Positions 37,301-45,208 of a stretch of DNA of 64,000 nt are shown piece after piece. Source of the stretch: Candidatus Iainarchaeum sp. (lineage in GTDB: Archaea; B1Sed10-29; WALL01); the NCBI GenBank assembly GCA_023129115.1, contig JAGMCR010000013.1, forward strand, positions 26,726-90,725. The letters are read 5' to 3'. Every line of letters begins with the position of its first letter. Within the stretch, counting starts at the first letter, position 1. The notes beneath the pieces are model-generated. The model was not told the origin of the DNA and did not search any database. It saw nothing but the letters and a program-made list of their open reading frames with translations. Both the position numbers and the translations under genes were made by a program.

Positions 37301-38201
37301 CGCGCCAGCGAAGCGGCGGCCGCCGAAGAAGGAAACCTTGGTTCCCCTGCCGCCAGAGCAGCGGCGGCCTCCGAGGGACGACTTGGAGAGGCTGCTTTAC
37401 CACATGGCTGACGAGGAAGGCAATCCAACAGAGCCTTCCTACATGGAGCTCGCGATGAAGGCCAGGATGAAGCCGTTCGAGGCGCTTGGCGTCCTCACGA
37501 GGGAAAGAGGCGATGTGGGCGCGCTCGTCAAGAAGGGCCGGGCCCGTGGCACTTACACGTTTTCCAGGAAGGGCGCCGAGGTGTGGAAGAAGCTGTTGCC
37601 GCCGGGCGAGGAGCGGATTGGCGCGCCTGCTGCAAAGCCCGCGCGGGAAGAGAAAGTGGTGGAAGTAGAGCCCGAGGGCGGGAAAAAGCCGCCTGGCCCG
37701 CGCGTACTTGGCGTCAAGAACTACCGCGATGCTTACCGGGTTCTCCAGGAGCTCGTGGATTCTGGCGAGGGCTGGGGGCACACTGCCAATGGAAAGATGC
37801 CGTTCATGGCTGTCCTGGCCAGGCGCACGGGCCAGTCATTGGATAAGGTGCGGAAGTGGTTCAGTAAAATGTCGCTGGAACGGGAAAGTGAGCTGGCGTA
37901 CCTCATGAAGAAGAACGATGCAATCCAGCTGGAGAAGTACTGGGGCGAGGACGTGCCGGACCGCAAGAAACTCAGCGCCGAGTTCACTGAGGTCACTGGG
38001 CTTGGCGGCGCTCTTGCCGACCGGTTCGTTGACTACGTCTTGTTTGGTGTTGCCGAAACTGCTAGGCGCGAGCTCACGGGTGGGAAGCTAAAGAACGTGG
38101 GCGAGGGAACATTCAGCTTAGGGAAGAGGCAGATAGAGGGCTGGATAGACAAGATAATGAGCCAGCACTCCACGCTAAAGAAGTACAAGCGGAAGCGTTA
38201 G
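34353..38201 (+). CDS. Orphan protein with 12 ~85-aa SGEGW helix-turn-helix repeats
   Basis: Consensus A..HLE..V.SGEGW-x-P...LA..F.V....V..WF......H..RL...V..N...Q; TATA box at about 34324. Confidence 0.85.
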   Translation: MPKRGKKKRGSRFSVDKAVVHLESRIDSGEGWPLTQGRRRPDGLPASFLGKKFGVSTATVLRHFEGISAGHKKRLATTVKKNAAIQAAKRESGEVGKLFKRRGDAILHIEQLVQSGEGWPITDGVPSKYGIPIHGLARRFGVAPETVRAWFDTMSATHTKQIKAAVKKNERIQKKKRETEGQATAWTKKNLDAALNHLDGLVQSGEGWPLGKGRRRADGAPLTLLAAQLGYSHKGVTHWFDNITPRHAARLAKIVAKNNAVQEKKKAAGEPRLSAAGINCEAALSHLESLVKSGAGWSLHYVRRSDSVPTSIVANHLGVSYSTAMRLFEKLHPSHEKRVKKVVNANKRLQKKLEKLYGPLNPKTRAQLEKALGHLDSLVKSGEGWELAGGRPPKHGVPYGVLADKFNMTNAGVRVWFTNMGSVHAKRLKKIVAANDRIRKKKLGTEGVSRAEAVMRREAAIEHLEERVNSGEGWSIKGRRTADAIPFTLLGKKFNRRANIVAAWFKNMPAGHKKRVERVLRKNAKLWERTGESTLHKNRGQAISYLESRVESGEGWDTAYVKHALGVPLQLLVEHFKTSVTTPGKWFADVPAAHKKRIKKVVKENDALQYENVDTVGRWAQDRHEALSHLENRVKSGEGWPLRGRKWGKPPYTLLAEHFNVASPTVKRWFEKIGESHHARLNKVLTENTVLQKKKGEGVLSPQELRKLEKSLAFLEGRVGSGEGWSRRYGRRHPDRLPVMLLADGLNASKEKVKQWFSKATPGHVERLAKVVEANDELQDAKPPQKSSTSSVVVLKKINAAMGRLDELLEEGGWRPSWRADGVPVSVIAKEMKKSGPTVRYWLERMTEEQKARLTAQVKKNAGIQAARAEESKRQAEEIKKAKAAERGRQKQAERLAEREKKIDDSLDHLKTLLGGDGWSLKHGRNRVDRAPVRIMGKLHGVSRLTAASWMNNATEEQKQRLAVLVGENDAIQAAKQPPRQPRAPAKRRPPKKETLVPLPPEQRRPPRDDLERLLYHMADEEGNPTEPSYMELAMKARMKPFEALGVLTRERGDVGALVKKGRARGTYTFSRKGAEVWKKLLPPGEERIGAPAAKPAREEKVVEVEPEGGKKPPGPRVLGVKNYRDAYRVLQELVDSGEGWGHTANGKMPFMAVLARRTGQSLDKVRKWFSKMSLERESELAYLMKKNDAIQLEKYWGEDVPDRKKLSAEFTEVTGLGGALADRFVDYVLFGVAETARRELTGGKLKNVGEGTFSLGKRQIEGWIDKIMSQHSTLKKYKRKR

Positions 38202-38485
38202 TGGCTCGCGACGTCCCAGACCGAGATGTACTTGCCCTCGCGCTCCGGCGCAGGGGGTATGGGGGCGGACTCCTTCTTTTGTTGGTAGTCACGTATGTGC
38301 ACTGTATACTCTGCGATGCTGTCGCGTATTTTAATTATGCCGGTCCCGTCGTCGATTATCTCGACTTCGTCGCCGAGCATTCCCCTTACGACTAATAAGT
38401 CTTCGTTGTAAGCCCACCCATATTTTTCCATGGATGTTAGCTTTGCTGACGCCACTAGGCGTGTCTCAAAACTTCCAAGAGACAT
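38198..38485 (-). CDS. Hypothetical protein
   Basis: 95-aa ORF with an upstream TATA-like element. Confidence 0.5.
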   Translation of the reverse strand: MSLGSFETRLVASAKLTSMEKYGWAYNEDLLVVRGMLGDEVEIIDDGTGIIKIRDSIAEYTVHIRDYQQKKESAPIPPAPEREGKYISVWDVASH

Positions 38486-38572
38486 GTTCCCACCATACCC
38501 AACCCTTAAAAGCAGGTTTTCGTTTATAAAGGTTGCCCTAATTATTGCAATCTAGGCAACAAACTACATTGG

Positions 38573-38596
38573 GGGGGACGCCAATTGGCGTCCCCC
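38573..38596. repeat. Family C perfect 24-bp palindrome
   Basis: GGGGGACGCCAATTGGCGTCCCCC. Confidence 0.85.
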
Positions 38597-38641
38597 AAGC
38601 CTGTCGTAAAACGAGCCGGTTTTGGGGGCGTATGGTTGTTG

Positions 38642-39037
38642 TCAGCTTAACACAACTGTTTTGCAGTTCTTAATCCCGTTTATGGCGCTGATTTCGCCAG
38701 CCAGTTTTTTGATTTGCCTGGCCTCCCCCCTGGCAATCAAGACCTCAACGCAGTCGTCGTGGCTGACGTGGGCGTGCATGGTGGATATAACACAGTCGAA
38801 ATGGTGCTGGATTTCCACAAGCTTGTGGTTCACGCCCCTGACCCCATGGTCGTACTGGAAAGAGATTGTTGCTATCCGTGTCCCCCCCTCCTGCCACGCC
38901 TTGTCCACAATGAAGCCTGTTAGCGCGTCGCCAACCGCCTTGGACCTGTTGAAGTATCCCATGCCCCTGATGGTCTCGTCGAACTTCTTGACCAATTTCC
39001 CGGGCAGGGAAACGCCAAACCTTACTACGTCACTCAA
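38642..39037 (-). CDS. nikR: Nickel-responsive regulator NikR
   Basis: RHH region RFGVSL..NRSKAV; Ni ligands QH and HAHVSHDDCVE. Confidence 0.92.
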   Translation of the reverse strand: MSDVVRFGVSLPGKLVKKFDETIRGMGYFNRSKAVGDALTGFIVDKAWQEGGTRIATISFQYDHGVRGVNHKLVEIQHHFDCVISTMHAHVSHDDCVEVLIARGEARQIKKLAGEISAINGIKNCKTVVLS

Positions 39038-39097
39038 GAAAAATCACCTCTGTGTTATCTTTGGTTTGAGAATGTGTCACTTTCAATAACCTTATAA

Positions 39098-39124
39098 GTA
39101 ACACCTTTATAAAATTTGTGTTAT
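39098..39124. promoter_or_regulatory. Putative NikR operator overlapping a TATA box
   Basis: Inverted repeat GTAACAC-N13-GTGTTAT; the spacer contains TTTATAAA. Confidence 0.6.
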
Positions 39125-39141
39125 TAAAAGGGTGTGACAAA

Positions 39142-39423
39142 ATGTGGCTGGTGACAACACTCATTGCGGCGTTGGCAGTGACTGCGGCATGGTTCGTGGC
39201 CCCCAAAAAATATAAGCTGGGCATACCAAGCCTTATGCTGTGGGGGGCGGGGGCAATGATAATGGTCGACCATGTGCTGGGGTATGAGGGCGGGGCATTC
39301 CTGGAACTGCAGACAGAGGGCCTAATCCCAAATGGGATAGTGCTTGGAATTGTTATGCTCATACCTGTATTCGCAATATGGGAGATTGTGCTTTTGATTG
39401 ACAGGGTTAAAGGAAAAATTTAA
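39142..39423 (+). CDS. Small three-TM membrane protein A
   Basis: LMLWGAG.M.MVDH; paralog of the next gene. Confidence 0.75.
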   Translation: MWLVTTLIAALAVTAAWFVAPKKYKLGIPSLMLWGAGAMIMVDHVLGYEGGAFLELQTEGLIPNGIVLGIVMLIPVFAIWEIVLLIDRVKGKI

Positions 39424-39438
39424 GTAGGGTGATAAAAA

Positions 39439-39765
39439 GTGGCTTGTTTTCTTGTGCCTATGGCGGTGGCAATAATAACAACTGCCTTGAGGAAAAAAAT
39501 CCCGAGAGAGTACAAAATTAATTGGCTAAATATGATGCTGTGGGGTGGAGTGGTAATGCTGGCAGTCGAGCATATAGCCCACCAGGAGGTTGTGCCATAC
39601 CCCCCCTTCCTGACTGCGGGGCTTGGGCATGCCCTCCCGGAGATGCTGGCAGTTGGGGGCCCAATGACTATAGCCATATTCGGTGTTTGGAGCATAATGG
39701 TGATAACGCAGTATGTAGCAGCGCATACGGCAAAGTCCGGGTCTAAGGCACGGACAGCGGCATAG
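39439..39765 (+). CDS. Small three-TM membrane protein B
   Basis: MACFLVP, MMLWGG..LAVEHIAH.EVVPYPPFLTA. Confidence 0.8.
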   Translation: MACFLVPMAVAIITTALRKKIPREYKINWLNMMLWGGVVMLAVEHIAHQEVVPYPPFLTAGLGHALPEMLAVGGPMTIAIFGVWSIMVITQYVAAHTAKSGSKARTAA

Positions 39766-39809
39766 GGGCACCTGGTTCTAGGGATGCCTCTCGACGGGAA
39801 ACGCCATAG

Positions 39810-40205
39810 GTGATAATTGTGATTGTGACTGATACAAAGCCGTTTGGAATGATAAAAGCAGGGCTGAAAAAAGGCGACGAGGTCTCTGTAGTTAGCTGTA
39901 ACCAGTGCGCAAGGCTGTGCGGAACAGGCGGCAAAGAAGGCCTGGATGAGATGAAGGAAAAGCTGGGGGAGGGGGGGTACGGGGCATGTGACGAATTCCT
40001 TTTTGCCCCGGTATGCGACGAAAGCTTATGTAGAAAGATACTCAAGCCAAAAGGAAGCGTGATTCTGGTGCTTGCTTGTGAGGCAGGCGTTTCCAGCATA
40101 AAACGGGTGTTCAAGACAAAAAAAGTAATTAGTGCCTTGAACACAACTGGCTTAGGGGCATTTGATGAGGATGGATGCATATTCATGGTTAGGGAGTTTA
40201 AGTAA
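39810..40205 (+). CDS. Cys-rich protein resembling the N-terminal domain of MetV
   Basis: C..C...CGTGG, LVLAC.AG and ALNT. Confidence 0.6.
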   Translation: MIIVIVTDTKPFGMIKAGLKKGDEVSVVSCNQCARLCGTGGKEGLDEMKEKLGEGGYGACDEFLFAPVCDESLCRKILKPKGSVILVLACEAGVSSIKRVFKTKKVISALNTTGLGAFDEDGCIFMVREFK

Positions 40206-40230
40206 CTCATTATCCCAGTAAAAATAATCC

Positions 40231-40296
40231 CCGGGCGCAAGGCCGCCCGGCGGCAGGGGGGGGCTGCGCCCTCAGGGGGCTGTGGTGCGGGGGAAG
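40231..40296 (-). repeat. tRNA 3'-end remnant with CCA, followed by a family B-like hairpin
   Basis: Minus strand CTTCCCCCGCACCA (40283-40296); GGCGCAAGGCCGCCCGG is shared with ~42046 and ~42126. Confidence 0.65.
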
Positions 40297-40331
40297 AGAA
40301 ACATGACTGGTCAAGACACGAATCCTTTACA

Positions 40332-40555
40332 TCACAATAAATCAATAAATCTTTCTTTTGTCAGGCCTGCTTGATGGATCATTCCCAACAAAGTGCCTTT
40401 TGATATTTCTTTATGATTTGGAACAGTTAATCTCCTGTGGGGTGGTTTTTCGTTACGAAGAATAAAGTGACCCCAGTCTGGTGGTCCAAGTCATAACCGA
40501 CTTTAGCAAGCGCTTTCATCACTTGTTTCCCAGAAACAACCGGCAGTTTAGGCAT
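40332..40555 (-). pseudogene. hicA: HicA toxin with a 1-nt deletion frameshift
   Basis: MPKLPVVSGKQVMKAL..HQTG then, in a shifted frame, HFILRNEKPPHRRLTVPNHKEISKGTLLGMIHQAGL. Confidence 0.85.
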
Positions 40556-40760
40556 GGACTTCAACAACTTCTTCATCTATTGAGGGGGGTATCGGCTCAC
40601 CATGTTTTTCCAAACTCTCAATATACCCATCTATGGCATCTTTGACGTTTTCCACAGCTTCTTCCCTGGTCTTGCCTTGAGTAATACACCCTGGTAAAGA
40701 CGGAACACTAGCCACAAACCAACCTTTTTCGTCTTCCTCAATCTCAACCCTAAACTTCAT
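40548..40760 (-). CDS. hicB: HicB-family antitoxin
   Basis: ASVPSLPGCITQGKTREEAVENVKDAI. Confidence 0.92.
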   Translation of the reverse strand: MKFRVEIEEDEKGWFVASVPSLPGCITQGKTREEAVENVKDAIDGYIESLEKHGEPIPPSIDEEVVEVHA

Positions 40761-40908
40761 AATGCATTAGATAAGCGTTCTTATTTATATGGCTATCCCA
40801 CACCAAGTCGCAATAACTATTGGGTGCTGGGGAAGCGGGAACTAAAACTGATGGTGGATAGCGGGTTTCCAGTTATAGTGCTTCCGTAACACTTATTATA
40901 AAAGGTGA

Positions 40909-41346
40909 TTATTGGACTGCGTTTTTCACCTTTTCAAAGAATTCCTCAGCATTTGCCAGAGCTTGTTCTGCCTCGCTTTCTGATACAGTTCTTGGTCTTT
41001 CATATATTGCGATGTGGCGGCGCTTCCGTATCTTATCAAATAACCTTACGAGGGTTGCATCAAATAAGTCCGGAAAACAAAACATAAAATGTACCACAGA
41101 TAGGTGTTTGTAAGTGCCTTTTGGCCTATACCCTTTGTGGAACATGAATGCTCTGGCTGCTTGCAGCATTGCATTGTATGCGATAGCAAGAGACCAATCA
41201 TAATCCTCTTTTTCGAGATTATCTCCAGCAGACTTCAGATCTCTTTCCGCAAGCTCAAGATTGACCAATGCGTCTCTCTTGTTTGGCTCTGTTTTTGATA
41301 TCTCACCGTTTTCCAATAGCTTGTCTAAATTCATTTTCTCCCCCAT
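40909..41346 (-). CDS. HEPN-domain protein
   Basis: AYNAMLQAARA, H..V and RKRRHIAIY. Confidence 0.85.
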   Translation of the reverse strand: MGEKMNLDKLLENGEISKTEPNKRDALVNLELAERDLKSAGDNLEKEDYDWSLAIAYNAMLQAARAFMFHKGYRPKGTYKHLSVVHFMFCFPDLFDATLVRLFDKIRKRRHIAIYERPRTVSESEAEQALANAEEFFEKVKNAVQ

Positions 41347-41893
41347 TGATCATTATGACTTTATGTTCTGCAATGTCAATCAGTAATGAAATTCCTTGTT
41401 TTGCTTTCTGTTGGAATTCTTTTTCTTTCCACAATATGTAATTCAGTTCCCTGCTTGTTTTTTTCTCGAATTCCATCACAACCTTGTGCAACTCATCTTC
41501 TGAAATGTTTCCAACAACGAGTAAATCAATGTCGCTGGTTTGTTTTTCGACTCCTTGCGCAAAACTGCCATAAATCAAGGCATATTTTATGGTATCGTAA
41601 TCTTTCATCTTTTCCTTCAGCAGAGTTCCGAGGCTTATCGTCTTGATAAAAATATTTTTCAAGTCCTCAAAAATGGGCGAAGTCTTGTTGGCTTTGAATA
41701 ATGACAGATTTCCCTGACTTCTATACGTAACTAAACCAACTGCATCAAGATTCGCCACTTCCTTCCTTACATAAATCGGAGATACATCAATCATCCTTGC
41801 CAACTCACGTAGATGAAACTCTTTTTCGGGATTGAATAGGAATATTTCCAATAGTTTCACTCTTGTCTCGGATTTGAATAGCTTCCCAATCAT
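41303..41893 (-). CDS. HTH plus minimal nucleotidyltransferase (MNT)
   Basis: FHLRELAR wHTH and YGSFAQG...SDIDLLVVG. Confidence 0.88.
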   Translation of the reverse strand: MIGKLFKSETRVKLLEIFLFNPEKEFHLRELARMIDVSPIYVRKEVANLDAVGLVTYRSQGNLSLFKANKTSPIFEDLKNIFIKTISLGTLLKEKMKDYDTIKYALIYGSFAQGVEKQTSDIDLLVVGNISEDELHKVVMEFEKKTSRELNYILWKEKEFQQKAKQGISLLIDIAEHKVIMINGGENEFRQAIGKR

Positions 41894-41979
41894 GTATCCT
41901 TATTGTATACAATCGTATATAAATAGTTTACGGTAGAATCATTTTAACGGTGATTAGTCATCAACCCTCAAAATATGAG

Positions 41980-42231
41980 TGCGGGGGAAGGGATTCGCCC
42001 CGCCTGAAACTCAGCCCAGACCTGAGCTGGCGAGGTAGGCTAGGGCGGCGCAAGGCCGCCCGGAGACAAACGGGCGCGGAGGGATTCATCCCAGCTTAAA
42101 CTAAGCTGGCACGTTAGACGAGGGCGGCGCAAGGCCGCCCGGGCGGCACCCTAGTACCGTATTACTGAGGGGGGTGCGGCTTCCCAGGGTAGCCAGGGGG
42201 GAGCTGCGCTCCCCCCTAAGGACGCTGAGAG
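41980..42231 (-). repeat. Tandem array of tRNA 3'-end copies separated by family B hairpin elements
   Basis: tRNA tails at 41980-41996 and 42071-42087 (the latter identical to the tRNA-Arg 3' end); GGGCGGCGCAAGGCCGCCC hairpin occurs twice. Confidence 0.85.
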
Positions 42232-42306
42232 CGGGCGCGGAGGGATTCGAACCCCCGATCCTCGGCTTAGAAGGCCGATGCCCTATCCAAGCTAGGCTAC
42301 GCGCCC
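42232..42306 (-). tRNA. tRNA-Arg(UCU)
   Basis: Cloverleaf GGGCGCG...TCGGC-CT-TCT-AA-GCCGA...GTTCGAATC...CGCGCCCG; CCA not encoded. Confidence 0.95.
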
Positions 42307-42343
42307 ACGAGTGAGATTTTAGCAAAAGGGGATATAAAAATCC

Positions 42344-43978
42344 CTACATTCTTCTCGGCGCCTCGATGCCGAGCAATCGCAGCGTGTTCTCCAGCACAAC
42401 GCTCGCCGCCCCGACCAACGCAAGCAGCGCCGCCTCGTCCTTGGACCCGATTACCTGCTGCTTCGTGTAAAACCCGCTGAACGCGTCCGCCAATGAATAA
42501 GCATAAAGCGCCAGCACGTGCGGCGAATATTCTTTCGCGGCCTCAGCAACAACCTCGTCGAACCGGCTCAGCTCGTAGACCAGCTCCGGCGCGCCAACAA
42601 CTCCGGGCTTGCCCTTCTTGCCAGCCTTGTCGAGAATGCTGTGGCACCGCACGTTCGCGTACTGTATGTAAGGGGCAGTCTCTCCCTCGAACGACAAGCT
42701 CTTTTCCCAGTCGAACACAATCGTCTTCGTGTTCGACACCTTTAGCATGGAATACTTAATCGCGCCAATGCCCACTGCGCGCGCGACGCCTTCCTTGTCC
42801 TCCAAGTCCGGATTCTTTTCCTGCACTTCCTTGAGCGCCCTTTCCTTCGCTTCCTTGGAAAAGTCCTCGTATAGGATTACCTCGCCCTCGCGGCTCTTCA
42901 TCTTCCCGCTCTTCAGCACCACCAATTCGTACGCGAGGTGGAAGCACTTCTCTCCCTGCCTGAACCCCCACTTCTTCAGTGTCTCGAAAAGCATCTGGAA
43001 GTGGAACTTCTGCTCGCTCCCAACCACGTAAACGCTGCGGTCCGGGTCGTAGTCCCCGAACTTGTGCTTCGCGAGCGCCAAATCCGAAGTAGAGTACAGT
43101 GTCGTCCCGTCGCTCCGCTGCAGCAGGTTCACCCCCGCCGGCGAGTTGTCGACAATGACCGCGCCGTCGTCCACCTTGGCAACGCCCTTGCCAATCAGTT
43201 CCTTCACGATTTCCTTTGTCTCGCCCTTAATGTCCGACTCGTAGTACCACTTGTCGAAGTCCGCGCCGAGCTCTTCGTAAATCTTCTTGAACTCGTCAAG
43301 GCTCCACTCCCTGGTCTCGTTCATGAGCTTTATGGCTTCCGCGTCGCCCGAGTCCATCTTCTGCAACAGCTCCCGCACTTCTTTGTCGCCCTCGGGATTC
43401 TCCCTCAGCTTCTTGCTCGCCTCGGCGTAAATCTCGCCGAGCCACTTACCCTTGTTCTCGGGCGGCTCTTCGCCGGCGTGGAACTTCTGCAGCGCCCACA
43501 GCGTCTTCGCCACGTGCAATCCAAGGTCGTTGATGTAATTGACGCGAATCACTTTGTGGCCGGCGTGCTCGAGGATGTTGGACAGCGCAATCCCCAGTGC
43601 AGTGTTCCGCAAATGCCCGATGTGAAAGGCCTTGTGCGTGTTCGGCTCGGAGTACTCGACCATTACGCTTTCGGCCTGCTTCCCCTTGCCGTAGTTATTT
43701 TTTTCAGAAAGTATTTTTTCGACTAATTGCTTCGAGTAATCCTCAGAAGGAAAAAAATTGACGTACGGCCCAATCGCCTTCGCAGTGAACAGCGGCGACT
43801 TGATTTTCCCCGCGACTTCCTTCGCCTTTTCCGCTGGATTCCCGCCGAGCTCGAACGCGACGCGGCTGGCGAAAAACCCCATTTCCGGCTTCGGCGCAGG
43901 GCCAAGGCTCTCGGGGGATACCGGCTTCCCAGTGGCATCGGACAAGAGCCTTGCTGCCTCGGCCTTGAGTTCAAGCAT
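42344..43978 (-). CDS. argS: Arginyl-tRNA synthetase
   Basis: PNTHKAFHIGHLRN, YVVGSEQ, KMKSREG and PYIQYA. Confidence 0.95.
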   Translation of the reverse strand: MLELKAEAARLLSDATGKPVSPESLGPAPKPEMGFFASRVAFELGGNPAEKAKEVAGKIKSPLFTAKAIGPYVNFFPSEDYSKQLVEKILSEKNNYGKGKQAESVMVEYSEPNTHKAFHIGHLRNTALGIALSNILEHAGHKVIRVNYINDLGLHVAKTLWALQKFHAGEEPPENKGKWLGEIYAEASKKLRENPEGDKEVRELLQKMDSGDAEAIKLMNETREWSLDEFKKIYEELGADFDKWYYESDIKGETKEIVKELIGKGVAKVDDGAVIVDNSPAGVNLLQRSDGTTLYSTSDLALAKHKFGDYDPDRSVYVVGSEQKFHFQMLFETLKKWGFRQGEKCFHLAYELVVLKSGKMKSREGEVILYEDFSKEAKERALKEVQEKNPDLEDKEGVARAVGIGAIKYSMLKVSNTKTIVFDWEKSLSFEGETAPYIQYANVRCHSILDKAGKKGKPGVVGAPELVYELSRFDEVVAEAAKEYSPHVLALYAYSLADAFSGFYTKQQVIGSKDEAALLALVGAASVVLENTLRLLGIEAPRRM

Positions 43979-43981
43979 ACT

Positions 43982-45208
43982 CTAAGACTTCGTTTCCTTC
44001 TTTTTTAATGGTTTCGAGGGGTTGCCCGGGAACCCAAGCACTTTCTTCAATCCAATGCTGTCCCCTACCGAAATGCTCCCGCCGCCGCTTTTGTACGCGT
44101 CGCGCCACGGCGTCCCCTTCAATGCCTCGAGCGCAGCCTTGTCGGTCGCAAGAACTTCCCCGCCGCACTCCGCAAGCATCTTTTCCGCGTCGGGCTCCAG
44201 CGCCCCCACAACTTCTGTCGCCGCCTTTATCGCTGGAATGATTTCGCCAAACGCCTGCATCAGCAGCTTCTTCGTCTCCTGCTCGTCACGGTTGTACCCC
44301 GACGGCAGGCCCACGCAAACGCCGAGCGCTGCCGCCTGCAGCCCAAGCACCACGCCGGCCTTCGCCTTCACCAGCTCCAGCGCGTCGCAGTTCTTCTTGT
44401 GGGGCATTACGCTGCTCCCCGTGCACACGGCGTCCTTGAACGACACCATGCCAAGGAGGTAAAGCAGCAGCAGGTCCTGAGCCAGCTTACTTAGGTCAAG
44501 CCCTACTGCTGCCAGTGCATTCAGGGCAAGGAAAGTGTTTTTGCCGCGCGAGGCCACGGCACTAAGCGTGTTCCAGTGCACCCCGGAAAACCCGAGCTCT
44601 TCCGCCAGCATCTCGCGGTCCACCGGGAACACCGACCCGAAGCCCGCGCACGCGCCGAGCGGGCACTTGTCAATCACCTTAATCGTTGCACTAATGTACT
44701 CGCAGTCGTTCACCAGCGACTCCGCGTGGCTGCACCCCCAGTGCTCCAGCGTCGTCGGCATCGCCTTCTGCATGTGCGTGAATCCGGGCATGGGGAGGGG
44801 CGGGAGGGATTGCAGTGCCCCCGCCAGCTCCTCCATGGCCTTACTCGTTTCCACCAAGCTATCCTTGCTGTACATCAGCATGTCAGTGGCAACCAAGTCG
44901 TTCCGCGAGCGCGCAGTATGAAGCTTTTTCCCCGCCGGCGTCTCCTTCGTGACAAACGCCTCGACGTTCGCGTGCACGTCCTCGAGCGACGGGTCCAGCT
45001 CCATTGACTTCGCCTTCTCCAGCGCCGCCAGCAACTCCGCCAATTCCGCTTCGCTGACCACGCCAATCTTGTGCAGCATCTTGGCGTGCGCCATTCCCGC
45101 GGCTATGTCGTACTGCAAAAGCCCCTTGTCGAGCGCAACGTCCTTGCCGCTCGTGAATTCCTCAATAGTCTTCGAGACGTCCTCGCCGCTCTTGCTCCAC
45201 ACCTTCAC
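43982..45208 (-). CDS. argH: Argininosuccinate lyase
   Basis: HTARSRND, PGFTHMQ, GSSVMPHKKN and PSGYNRD; GTG start overlaps the argG stop. Confidence 0.92.
   Translation of the reverse strand: MKVWSKSGEDVSKTIEEFTSGKDVALDKGLLQYDIAAGMAHAKMLHKIGVVSEAELAELLAALEKAKSMELDPSLEDVHANVEAFVTKETPAGKKLHTARSRNDLVATDMLMYSKDSLVETSKAMEELAGALQSLPPLPMPGFTHMQKAMPTTLEHWGCSHAESLVNDCEYISATIKVIDKCPLGACAGFGSVFPVDREMLAEELGFSGVHWNTLSAVASRGKNTFLALNALAAVGLDLSKLAQDLLLLYLLGMVSFKDAVCTGSSVMPHKKNCDALELVKAKAGVVLGLQAAALGVCVGLPSGYNRDEQETKKLLMQAFGEIIPAIKAATEVVGALEPDAEKMLAECGGEVLATDKAALEALKGTPWRDAYKSGGGSISVGDSIGLKKVLGFPGNPSKPLKKKETKS

Noticed and set aside
27119-41996. Provirus or conjugative element
   Set aside because: No capsid, terminase, integrase, relaxase or primase is recognisable, and no bounding att pair was found.
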